Assembly: GCA_963833555.1 (NCBI GenBank)
Contig: CAWHYB010000002.1
Coordinates: 209,666-273,665, forward strand
Length of the DNA: 64,000 nt
Direction of reading: 5' to 3'
Origin: an uncultured Actinomycetes bacterium
GTDB lineage: Bacteria; Actinomycetota; Thermoleophilia; UBA2241
Positions within the stretch are counted from its first letter, which is position 1. The number at the start of each line of letters is the position of its first letter. Made by a program: the position numbers and the translations under genes. Shown here piece after piece: positions 49,243 through 57,863 of this stretch. A model generated the notes under the pieces. The model had not been told where the DNA came from. It searched no databases and was given only the letters and a program-made list of their open reading frames with translations.

Positions 49243-50694
49243 CTACGACCCTGTCTCGGCCCGCTCGATGATCGCCTGGAGCTCGGCTGCGACGTCGTCG
49301 GCGAGCGGCGCCGGCCGATGGCCGGCGAGGATGTCGGCGGCAAGCTGCTGCGCCTTCTCGAAGGCGCCGGGCTTGCCGCCCTCGAGCCACGCGTCGTAGG
49401 ACGCGCGATCCCACACGGTCGGCCTCCAGATCTCCTTCATGTGCGCCCGCGTGTGCTTCTCGGCCAGGTAGGTGCCGTTCGGCCCCACGCGCGTGATCAC
49501 GTCGAGCGCGAGCTGCTCGTCGTCGACCACGATGCCCTGGGCCAGACGCTGCACGATGCGGTAGACCTCGGTCTCCATGACCAGATGCGGGTACGACAGC
49601 ATCTTGGAGCCGTCGAGCATGCCGGCGCCGCTCATCGTGTCGGCGCCGGCGAGCACCGAAGCGGCCGTCGAGAACGCGTCGTCGACGGCCGACTGCCAGC
49701 CCGGCTCCTTGGCGCCGGTGGCCATCGTGCCCATGTTGACCGGCAGGCCGAACGAGTGGGCGAGCTGCGTCGCGGCGGCGGCCAGGACGTAGTCCTCCGG
49801 GCCGCCGCCGGTATAGCCGCCGCTGCGCAGGTCCATGACGCTGGGCGCGCCGCCGAAGATCACCGGCGCGCCGGGCGAGGCGAGCTGCAGCAGCACGAGG
49901 TCGGCGATCACGCCGGCGGCATTGACGACGAGGTTGCCGGCGTAGGTGGCCGGCGCGGTGCCGCAGGCCATCGTCAGCGAGAGGAAGCCGCAGGGCAGGC
50001 CGGCCTCGGCGAAGACGAGGCCGGCCTCGAGACTCACCGCATCGTTGCCGAGCGGGTCGACCGGGCAGGCGATGAGCGACACGATGGGACGGCGCCGCAG
50101 CTCGTCGTGGCCGCCGCATGTCGCGGCAGCCATCTCGACGAGCAGTCGCGCCGCCCGCTCCCCAACCGTCGTGACGGCCTGGTAGTGCTTGCTCGTGTTG
50201 GCGAACACGGCCCGGGCCTCGTGCAACGCGCGCGTCGCCGGCGGCGCGTCGCCGGCGGCGACGATCGGCCCCCAGTAGAACGACACCTGGGGCAGCGCGT
50301 CGGCGAACCGCGCCGACTCGGCCACGTCGGCCAGCGTCGAGGGCCGCTTCTCGCCGCTGCGGGGGTCGACGACGAACACACCGCTGGCGTCGGTGGACAG
50401 GTAGCTGTGGCGGCCGTCGAGCGGCAGATCGCACGCAGGGTCGCGTCCGCACAGGCTGAACTCGCGCGGCGCCTGTGCCAGCGCCCCCTCGACGACGTTC
50501 CGAGGCAGCCGCGCGGTCTCGTGAACGCGGTCGACCGCGCACCCGCCGGCCTCGAGTACGTCGAGCGCGCGCGCCAGCGGGAACCGCACGCCGGCCTCGG
50601 CGAGCACAGTGAACACGCCTTCACGAACGCAGTCCAGTTGGGACGGCGTCAGGACGTCCCACGAGCTACGGCGAACAATCGGATCGACCCTCAT
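49243..50694 (-). CDS. MttB-superfamily methyltransferase, paralog 4 (intact, no in-frame UAG)
   Basis: 484 aa from MRVDPIVRRSSWDVL. Close paralog of 47198..48670, sharing NTSKHYQAVTTVG, AGNLVVNAAG...GAPSVMDLRSGGY and GPNGTYLAEKHTRAHMKEIWRPTVWDR. Confidence 0.8.
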   Translation of the reverse strand: MRVDPIVRRSSWDVLTPSQLDCVREGVFTVLAEAGVRFPLARALDVLEAGGCAVDRVHETARLPRNVVEGALAQAPREFSLCGRDPACDLPLDGRHSYLSTDASGVFVVDPRSGEKRPSTLADVAESARFADALPQVSFYWGPIVAAGDAPPATRALHEARAVFANTSKHYQAVTTVGERAARLLVEMAAATCGGHDELRRRPIVSLIACPVDPLGNDAVSLEAGLVFAEAGLPCGFLSLTMACGTAPATYAGNLVVNAAGVIADLVLLQLASPGAPVIFGGAPSVMDLRSGGYTGGGPEDYVLAAAATQLAHSFGLPVNMGTMATGAKEPGWQSAVDDAFSTAASVLAGADTMSGAGMLDGSKMLSYPHLVMETEVYRIVQRLAQGIVVDDEQLALDVITRVGPNGTYLAEKHTRAHMKEIWRPTVWDRASYDAWLEGGKPGAFEKAQQLAADILAGHRPAPLADDVAAELQAIIERAETGS

Positions 50695-50785
50695 CGCGCG
50701 GAGTCTACACCGGGCTCGCGAGGGTCGCCTCCCAAGTGCGACGCCCGCCGCGATCCCCATCCTCGCGCGGATCCGCAACGAAAGA

Positions 50786-50824
50786 GGGGCGGGCGGCGGA
50801 CTCGTTGAGCCCGCCGCCCGCCCC
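50786..50824 (-). terminator. GC-rich hairpin (14-bp perfect stem) after the ABC ATPase gene
   Basis: GGGGCGGGCGGCGG-actcgttgagc-CCGCCGCCCGCCCC, located 18 nt downstream of the stop at 50842. Confidence 0.6.
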
Positions 50825-50841
50825 GACGCCCGGCGACTGTC

Positions 50842-51832
50842 TCAAGTGTCGTCGGAGAGCCAGGTATTGGCGTCGGGCATCTGCGGCGCGGTCCCAGGCA
50901 ATGGGATCTTGTCTGAGGCCAGCGTCGTGCCGTCGCCGGCCGACATGTCGGCCTCAGGACGCTCGCCGGTCCGCACGTCGACGATCTCGACTCCGGGCGT
51001 GATGCCGAGCTCGGCCGCGTGCTGTGGTTCCTTCTCGGGCAGGATATGCCGCAGGAACTGTTGCGTGCGCGCGTCCTTCGGGTGAAAGAAGACCTCGCTG
51101 GGCGGGCCTTCTTCGATGAAGTAGCCGTCGTCCATATACACCACGCGGTCGGCGACGTCGCGGGCGAAACCCATCTCGTGGCTCACCACGATCATCGTCA
51201 TGCCGCCTTCGGCGAGCTCCTTCATGACCCGAAGCACCTCGCCGATCAGCTCGGGGTCGAGGGCGCTCGTCGGCTCGTCGAAGAGCATCAACACCGGCTC
51301 CATCGCCATGGCGCGGGCGATCGCGACACGCTGCTTCTGGCCGCCCGACAACTGGCTGGGGAAGAAGTCCATGCGGTCACCCAGGCCCACCTTGGTCGAG
51401 CAGCTCGTGGGCCTTCCTGGTGGCCTCGTCCTTCTTCTCGCCGCGCACGAGTATCGGACCCTCGATGACGTTCTCGGTGGCGTCCTTGTGGGGGAACAGG
51501 TTGAACTCCTGGAACACCATGCCGCATTTCATGCGGATGTCGTGGACCGCGTGCTTGAACCCGCCGCCGTGGCTGCCGCACGTCACGTGCACGCCGCCGA
51601 TCGAGATCTCGCCGGTGGTGGGATCCTCGAGGAAGTTGAGACAGCGCAGGAACGTGCTCTTGCCGGAGCCCGAGGGGCCGATGAGGACGATCACCTCGCC
51701 GCTGCGAACCTCGAGGTCGACGCCCTTGAGCACGTGGTTTCTGCCGAAGTACTTCTGCAGCCCCTCGACCTTGACGATGAGTTCGCGCTCGCCGAGCGGA
51801 GTCTTGGTGACATCTTCAGAGATCGTCGCCAC
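50842..51832 (-). pseudogene. Polar amino acid ABC transporter ATP-binding protein (GlnQ/ArtP-like) with a C-terminal extension; one frameshift near 51390
   Basis: Walker [13 protein letters not shown]-loop [12 protein letters not shown], signature [14 protein letters not shown], Walker [13 protein letters not shown] and H-loop VVSHEM. The N-terminal part is in frame 51377..52111 and the C-terminal part in 50842..51390. A GTG start at 51832 follows GGAGAGGAGG. Confidence 0.75.
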
Positions 51833-51834
51833 GG

Positions 51835-52587
51835 CTACCTCCTCTCCTTCTCTCTCGCCTTGTCGCGCGCCATGCGGTTCTCGAGCCTGGCCTGCCAGAA
51901 CGAGAAGAAGATGGTGAGGACCCAGTAGAACGCCGCCGCCACCAGCAGGGTCGAGAAGTTGTTCATCGGTACGACGAGCCGGCGAGCTGCGCACGTCGCA
52001 ACAGCTCCTCAACAGTGATAGTCGAGACCAGAGACGTGTCCTTGATGAGGGCGATGAAGTCGTTGCCGATGGCCGGGATGACGATCTTGAAGGCCTGCGG
52101 CAGGATGACACGGCGCTGAGTCTGCCAGCCGCTCAGGCCGATCGCCCACGCGGCTTCCTGCTGGCCCTTTGGGACCGCCTGGATGCCCGCCCGGAAGACC
52201 TCGGTCAGGTACGCGCCGTAGTTGAGCGAGAGCGCGGCGACGCCGGTCACGAAGGCGCTCGGGCTGGGGCAGCCCGTGAAGGAACGAGACCCTGTTGATG
52301 ACCTCCGGCGCGGCCAGGTAGATCACCATGATCTGCAGCAGCAGCGGGGTCCCCCGGAACAGCGAGGTGTAGAAGGTCGCGAGCCAGTAGGGGATGCGGC
52401 CCAGCGTCATGCGGGCCATGTAGCCCCAGCTCTGGTAGCGGTCCCAGGCCTGCTTGTAGCTCATCGTCTTGCTGAGCCGGCCAAGTGAGCCGAACAGGGC
52501 GAAGATGCAGGCGAACACCATCGAGAGGATAGTCAGTTCGACGGTGATGATGCCGCCCCGGGCGATGTAGGTCCACCACTGCTTCAT
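51835..52587 (-). pseudogene. Amino acid ABC transporter permease (HisM/GlnP-like); two frameshifts (about 52255 and 51965)
   Basis: MKQWWTYIARGGIITVELTI...YTSLFRGTPLLLQIMVIYL is in frame 52009..52671. LNYGAYLTEVFRAGIQAVPKGQQEAAWAIGLSGWQTQRRVILPQAFKIVIPAIGNDFIALIKDTSLVS is in frame 51963..52250. My translation of the tail is [29 protein letters not shown], with a TAG at 51835-51837. Confidence 0.7.
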
Positions 52588-53045
52588 CACCTGGACGACT
52601 GATGAGGCTGTCACCGCTGCCGGCGACGCCCGTCGAGTCGAACTGCCAGGTCTTGGTGGCCCTTGCCCCATCCTTGGTCTCCAGGGTGACCTCGAAGGAA
52701 TGCTTGCCGGGACTCACCGTCGGTGAGGTCGCCCAGTCGAGCGGGAACTGGAGCCTGGCCACGGTACTGGATCACCGGCGGCTGCCGGCGTCGATGATCT
52801 GGCCGTCGATGTTGAGCTGCACTTGGCGGGTCGACCGGCTGCGACCCCGTCCTTGTAATTGACCAGACGGAACCGCCGTTCCAGGCGTCTGCCGGTCCGG
52901 CCGCCGGGGATGGTCCCGTGCACGTGACGCGGCGGCCTCGGCCTTCCCGCCGCCAGGACGACGCCCGTCGTCAGCGCCGCAGGTCGAGGCCCCGAGAGCG
53001 CGGCCGAACAGCGTGGTACCGCGAACAGCTTACGTGGTCTGCGTC
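52587..53045 (-). pseudogene. Small hypothetical (lipo)protein, beta-sandwich-like; frameshifted, boundaries uncertain
   Basis: Protein-like text VQLNIDGQIIDAGS / ARLQFPLDWATSPTVSPGKHSFEVTLETKDGARATKTWQFDSTG occurs in different frames. GGAAAGGAAG lies upstream near 53050. A TGA overlaps the permease ATG. Confidence 0.3.
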
Positions 53046-53080
53046 GTCTTCCTTTCCTCAGAACCTCGGGTCGGGGGTCG

Positions 53081-53109
53081 GGCGGGGCGCCAGCTACGGG
53101 CGCCCCGCC
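53081..53109 (-). terminator. GC-rich hairpin (11-bp stem) after the frameshifted binding-protein gene
   Basis: GGCGGGGCGCC-agctacg-GGCGCCCCGCC. Confidence 0.45.
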
Positions 53110-54073
53110 GGCCACCACGGTATCGGTACGTTCAGGCCCAGGGCGGACTGGAAAGGGCCGCTCGAAGTCTCCGGGAACGTGATCCTGACTACTGAACGTC
53201 AGGTCGAAGCCGTTGTACCAGTGCTTCGACATGGTGGTGAGCTGGCCATCGGAATGCATCTTGTTGATGGCGTAGTTAAGAGCGTGAGTCATGTCCTGCG
53301 ACTCGGCGGTGCGTGTCGCGAATGCCAGCGTCTCGTAGTATAGCGGCTTGCCGGTGAACTCGAAGGGCTAGCCCTGACGAGGATCGCCTGCTGCTCGGTC
53401 GGCCGGCCGACATGACGTCGTCGAGCTTGCCGTTCTGGAGGTCCGGGAAGGCGTCGGGTCGGTCGCGTAGGTGTACGACGCTTGATCTGCGGGTACTTCT
53501 TCAGGAACGTGGTAGTAGGTGGTGTCGGCGCCCACGCCGACCTTCTTGCCGAGGAGGTGCCTTCACGCCGGTGATCTCGTGCCGCCCTTCCTCATCATTA
53601 CCTGCCCCGAGGTGTAGTAGTACGGGTCGGTGAAGGCGACGGACTTCTTGCGGTCTGGGTGATCGTCATCGAGCCGATCGAGACGTCCCAGCGCTTGGTC
53701 TTCAGGCCGGCCGGGATCGTCGGTCCCAGTTCGGGTTCACGAACTTGATCGGGACACCGAGGATCTTGCCGGTGGCGTTGGCGACGTCGACGTCGAAGCC
53801 GACGAGCTGCTTGGTGACCTTGTCGACTGAACTCTGCGGCGCGTAGTTGGCGTCATTGGCCACGACGAGCTGGTTGGCCGTCAGGACCTCCTGGGCCAGA
53901 CCGGTGGGCGCGTGACCCAGGATCTTCTGCCACACCTGCGCAGTGGTCTGTGTGCCGGGGCTGCTGCTCGCACTCGTGCCGCTGTTCGAACTCCCGCAGC
54001 CGGCGACGAGCACGACGGCGAGGAGTGCCACCAGGACGAGAGCGACCAGGGGCGCCCACTTGCGTTGGCTCAT
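53096..54073 (-). pseudogene. Amino acid ABC transporter substrate-binding lipoprotein (family 3), copy 1; many frameshifts
   Basis: MSQRKWAPLVALVLVALLAVVLVAGCGSS (lipobox), LVVANDANYAPQSSVDKVTKQLVGFDVDVANATGKILGVPIKFVNPNWD, then KRWDVSIGSMTIT and MTHALNYAINKMHSDGQLTTMSKHWYNGFDLT in other frames. GGAAAGGAAGG lies before the ATG at 54073. Confidence 0.6.
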
Positions 54074-54219
54074 GTTGCCTTCCTTTCCTGACTCCGCCCA
54101 CGTCATCGCGGACGGGCCGACCCCGGGTGCAACGCAAGCACAGCGCCACCCCCGCTTATTCCCAAGAGACAGGCTCGGAGCCTGAGATTGAGGACGTTCT
54201 GATGAAGCCCTTGCTCAAA

Positions 54220-54247
54220 GTTATACAACACGCGCACAGGATTACAA
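54220..54247 (-). promoter_or_regulatory. Candidate sigma-70-type promoter for the ABC transporter genes
   Basis: On the minus strand, TTGTAA-16 nt-TATAAC sits in a visibly less GC-rich patch about 150 nt upstream of the ATG at 54073. Based on pattern only. Confidence 0.3.
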
Positions 54248-54299
54248 CCGGCTGCACGCACGCTCGGTTGCGCACTGCGGGGCGGGGGCGGGTCGCGCA

Positions 54300-55193
54300 T
54301 CACGGCGCATAGAGCGCCAGTCCCGCCGCCGGGGCCTTCGAGAGGTCATGACCCCCGTACCACTTGGCCGAGATCCTCGCCAGGCTGCCGTCGCCGCGCA
54401 TGCTCGCGATGGCATGATCGAACAAGGCGGACAGATCCGTCTGTCCCATCGCCGTGGCGAAGCCCAGCGGCTCGTAGAAGAAGGGACCGCCGATGGCCAG
54501 GGACTCGCCGCTCGCGATCGCGCTCCAGGCGTTCGCCTGGTCGGTCATCACGGCGCCGATCTTGCCTGCGTTCAGGTCGGCGATCGCCCCGCTGATGTCG
54601 CCGTACGACACCACGGAGACGCCGCCGATCTTCTGCAGCCAGCGTTCGAAGACACTCTGGGCGACCGCGCCCACTGTACTGCCCTGGAGCTGTGTGACAC
54701 TCGCAGGCGGGCTGGCCGCCGAAGGCACGAGCACCACGGCCTGCTGATAGGCGTAGGGCGCGCCGAAGGAGAGTGCGTTCCGCGCGCTCTTGGTGATCGG
54801 CAGCGAGTCGATCGCGACGTCGCACGTCCCATCGGCCAGCGTACGGGCGACGGTGTCCCAGGCGGGGATGACGAACTCGACCTTGAGGCCGAGGATCGCG
54901 CCCACGCGGCGGGCGACGTCGATATTGAAGCCGACGAGCTGCTTGCTCGAGGGGTCGAGCGAGCTCTGTGGCGGGAACGCCCCATCGACCGCCACGATCA
55001 GCGTCTTCTTCTGGACGACGGCGGCCGCAGTGCCCGTGGGGGCGTGGCCCAGGATAGCACGCGCAGTGGCGGCGGGGTCGGTGGCGGCGCCGCCGGCCCC
55101 GCCGCCACAGCCGCCCACGATCAGGATGGCGACCGCCGCCAGCGCCACGGCGACTGCCGCGAGGCACGCGGGCGGATGGCGTCTAGAAGCCAA
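54300..55193 (-). CDS. Amino acid ABC transporter substrate-binding lipoprotein (family 3), copy 2 (intact)
   Basis: 298 aa from a TTG at 55193. Lipobox ILIVGGCGGG. LIVAVDGAFPPQSSLDPSSKQLVGFNIDVARRVGAILGLKVEFVIPAWD is parallel to copy 1. Ends AKWYGGHDL. Confidence 0.7.
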   Translation of the reverse strand: MASRRHPPACLAAVAVALAAVAILIVGGCGGGAGGAATDPAATARAILGHAPTGTAAAVVQKKTLIVAVDGAFPPQSSLDPSSKQLVGFNIDVARRVGAILGLKVEFVIPAWDTVARTLADGTCDVAIDSLPITKSARNALSFGAPYAYQQAVVLVPSAASPPASVTQLQGSTVGAVAQSVFERWLQKIGGVSVVSYGDISGAIADLNAGKIGAVMTDQANAWSAIASGESLAIGGPFFYEPLGFATAMGQTDLSALFDHAIASMRGDGSLARISAKWYGGHDLSKAPAAGLALYAP

Positions 55194-56523
55194 CCGTCTC
55201 GCCGGCGACGAGCTGCCGCAGCTCGGCGTCGAGATCGGGGGCGAGAGGTGGAGGGATGTGCGTCGCCAGCAGCTCGCGCGCGAGGCTGCGCGCGGCCTCG
55301 CGCGCCCCGCCCGCGGCGTCGCCGGGCAAGAGACTCTGCGCCGCCGCACGAACTGCCTGGGGCGGCGTCATATCGGACGCGACGCCGGTGGCGGCGGCGG
55401 CTCTCGCCGCCGCCGCCACCTCGGTCCCGAGCATGAGTTCGTCGAACGAGAAGATCCGGCCGCCCGCGACCATGCCCACACCGGTCAGCATGTCGACGCC
55501 GGCCAGCATCGACAGCCAGGTCGTGGTGACATCGTCGACAAGGGTCTGCCAGCCCGGCAGCTTGGCGGCCGAGGCGTTCACGCCACACATCGTCGGAAGT
55601 CCATAGTAGGCGCCGATGTCGCCGACGGCCGCGCCCATGAGCGTGTCTTCGGGAGCCCCGCCGGAGAAATCGCCGGTGCGCAGGTCCATGACGCTCGGGA
55701 TGAAGCAGATGAAGACCGGCGCGCCCGGATGCGCCGCCTCGATGGCGCAGACGCCCGAGAGCGACTCGGCGATCCCCACCACCAGCGAGCCGGCCATCGT
55801 GATCGGTGTCGTCGAACCGCCCTGCGGCATGGTCACGAAGCCGATCGGCACCCCGGCGGCGGCGAACACGAGCCCCGCTTCGAGGGTGCCCTCGTCGTGA
55901 CCGAGCGGTGTGATCGTGCCGAGCAGAGCGGAGATGGGCGAGGCGCGGCGCACAGCCTGGCCGCCGCCGGCGATGGCGCGGGCCATCTCGACCGCGACCT
56001 GGGCCTGGGCCTTATCGACGATGGTCACCGTCTGGACGTGCTTGCCCGTGTTGGCGAGTACCTCGTAGATCTCGTAGAGGCCGCGCCGCTCGACCGGCCG
56101 GTCCTGCGCGCTCACGGTCGTCCAGCAGAAGTCCACGTCGTCGAGCGCATCGACGACGCGGGTGATGGCAGCCACGTCGGCGGCCGTCGTCGGCCGCTTT
56201 GCGCCGCTGTCGAGATCGTAGATGTCGGTGGGGCAACCGTCGGTGGTGAGCAGCGAGGTCTCGCCGGTCACCAGGGTGCGATTGGCGCGAGCTCCGAGCG
56301 TCATGCGAGCCGGAGCGAGCGCTACCAGATGGCGGACGACGTCAGGCGGGATGCGCACGGTGTGGCCGTCGATATGAGCACCGGCGGCGGCGAGCGCCTC
56401 GCGCGCCGCCGCCGAGGGCATCGCCACGCCGGTCGTGGCGAGCACGTGCAGCGCCGCCGCGTCGAGCCTGTCAAGGTCGCCCAGGGTGAGGATCTCTATA
56501 CGTCCAGCCAGCCTGGGGAGCAT
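55183..56523 (-). CDS. MttB-superfamily methyltransferase, paralog 5 (intact, no in-frame UAG)
   Basis: 447 aa from MLPRLAGRIEIL. NTGKHVQTVTIV, MAGSLVVGIAESLSGVCAIEAAHPGAPVFICFIPSVMDLRTGDFSGGAPE and DMLTGVGMVAGG. The stop overlaps the start of the binding-protein gene. Confidence 0.75.
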   Translation of the reverse strand: MLPRLAGRIEILTLGDLDRLDAAALHVLATTGVAMPSAAAREALAAAGAHIDGHTVRIPPDVVRHLVALAPARMTLGARANRTLVTGETSLLTTDGCPTDIYDLDSGAKRPTTAADVAAITRVVDALDDVDFCWTTVSAQDRPVERRGLYEIYEVLANTGKHVQTVTIVDKAQAQVAVEMARAIAGGGQAVRRASPISALLGTITPLGHDEGTLEAGLVFAAAGVPIGFVTMPQGGSTTPITMAGSLVVGIAESLSGVCAIEAAHPGAPVFICFIPSVMDLRTGDFSGGAPEDTLMGAAVGDIGAYYGLPTMCGVNASAAKLPGWQTLVDDVTTTWLSMLAGVDMLTGVGMVAGGRIFSFDELMLGTEVAAAARAAAATGVASDMTPPQAVRAAAQSLLPGDAAGGAREAARSLARELLATHIPPPLAPDLDAELRQLVAGETVGF

Positions 56524-56605
56524 GTTGTGGCACGAGCACCACCATCCTGTCCGTCTGTGCGCGTCGCTGGGGCCGGCACGAGCGACTCGCCGGTGCCGAT
56601 GGCCC

Positions 56606-57094
56606 CTACCGGGCCGCATCATTGTGGGGTCGCACCGCGATGCCTGCAACCCGCGGGCTCAGCGCGTCTCGCAGGTCGGTGCTGCGGATCTTCAGCATCG
56701 TCGTCGTGGTGCCACCACCGCAGTACACGACCGGCTCGACGAAGACCTCGGGGTCGACGACGACCGGGATGCCGCCCGGCAGCCCACAGGGCGGCACGGC
56801 GCCGGGGCGATAGCCGGTGAGCGTGGCCACCTCAGGCGGCGGCGCAAGAACGGCGCTGCGGCAGTCGAGGGCGGTCAGCAGCTGGACGGTGTCGACCTGG
56901 GAGTCACCGGGGACGAGACAGAGGACGGGACCGGCGTCGGTGACGAACAGCAGCGACTTGACGATCTCGCGCGGGGTCACGCCGAGCAGATCGGCGGCAC
57001 GGCGTGCGGTCGTCGAGGGGGCGGGCAGATGGACGATCTCATGCGCCACGCCCTCTTCGATCAGGTAGTTGTGCACGTCACTGCAGGATCTCAT
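56606..57094 (-). CDS. YbaK/aminoacyl-tRNA editing (deacylase) domain protein
   Basis: 163 aa from MRSCSDVHNYL with VKSLLFVTDAGPVLCLVPGDSQVD...GYRPGAVPPCGLPGGIPVVVD...VYCGGG. Confidence 0.6.
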   Translation of the reverse strand: MRSCSDVHNYLIEEGVAHEIVHLPAPSTTARRAADLLGVTPREIVKSLLFVTDAGPVLCLVPGDSQVDTVQLLTALDCRSAVLAPPPEVATLTGYRPGAVPPCGLPGGIPVVVDPEVFVEPVVYCGGGTTTTMLKIRSTDLRDALSPRVAGIAVRPHNDAAR

Positions 57095-57146
57095 GAGGCC
57101 CCCGGGTCGCGCGGTGACTCTACCACAGCGATGAGAGTGGGCTACG

Positions 57147-57848
57147 ATGGGTGCCATGAAGACACGCACGGCACGGCAACGGTTCGTGAGACGGCTGGCC
57201 AACGTCCTTCTGGTCGCCGGCGGTCTGACCCTCGCGTTCCCGTTCTGGTCGTCCGCCTACACCCAGCTTCAACAGGGGCGTCTGCGCAGCGACTACCGGG
57301 CGGCCACGAGCGCCTTCGCTACCTCCGCCGCGCGCGATGCGCCGGCGCTGGCGCGGCTGCGCACCCCTGAGCAGAAAGCCCGCCAGCTCGCGGCGTTGTT
57401 CGCGCGTAGCCTCAGTCCAGGCCGTCCCATCGGGCGGCTCATCATCCCTCGCATCGGCCTGAGCCGTATCGTCGTCCAGGGATCGACCGGCGCACGCAGC
57501 CTCAGCCCGTCGGCGGACACCGGCTATCTGCGGGGCGGACCGGTGCACTACGGGGTGACGCCGCTGCCTGGTGCCGGCGAGCCCTTCGCCATAGCCGGCC
57601 ACCGCACCACGTACGCCGCCCCCTTCTACCGGCTGAACGAGCTGCGCCGCGGCGACACGATCGCGATGGAGACGCCCTACGGACGGTTCACGTATCGGGT
57701 GGCCCGGGTGACCACGGAGCTGCCCTCGGACGTCGGCGTGCTCTACGACCGCGGCTACGCGCTCGTGCTGACGACCTGCACGCCCCGCTACAGCGCGAGC
57801 CACCGCCTCGTGGTGTGGGCGACGGCCGGACCGTTCACCCTGAAGTAG
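57147..57848 (+). CDS. Sortase (class E-like transpeptidase)
   Basis: N-terminal TM segment, LIIPRIGLSRIVVQG, FAIAGHRTTYAAPFYRLNELRRGD and catalytic LVLTTCTP...SHRLVVWA. Confidence 0.75.
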   Translation: MGAMKTRTARQRFVRRLANVLLVAGGLTLAFPFWSSAYTQLQQGRLRSDYRAATSAFATSAARDAPALARLRTPEQKARQLAALFARSLSPGRPIGRLIIPRIGLSRIVVQGSTGARSLSPSADTGYLRGGPVHYGVTPLPGAGEPFAIAGHRTTYAAPFYRLNELRRGDTIAMETPYGRFTYRVARVTTELPSDVGVLYDRGYALVLTTCTPRYSASHRLVVWATAGPFTLK

Positions 57849-57863
57849 TCGCGACGGCCCAGG

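Noticed and set aside
44364-56523. Pyrrolysine (in-frame UAG) in the MttB-family genes.
   Set aside because: Four paralogs are continuous ORFs with no internal stop. The breaks in paralog 1 are frame changes, not amber codons. No pylTSBCD-like genes were seen in the window.
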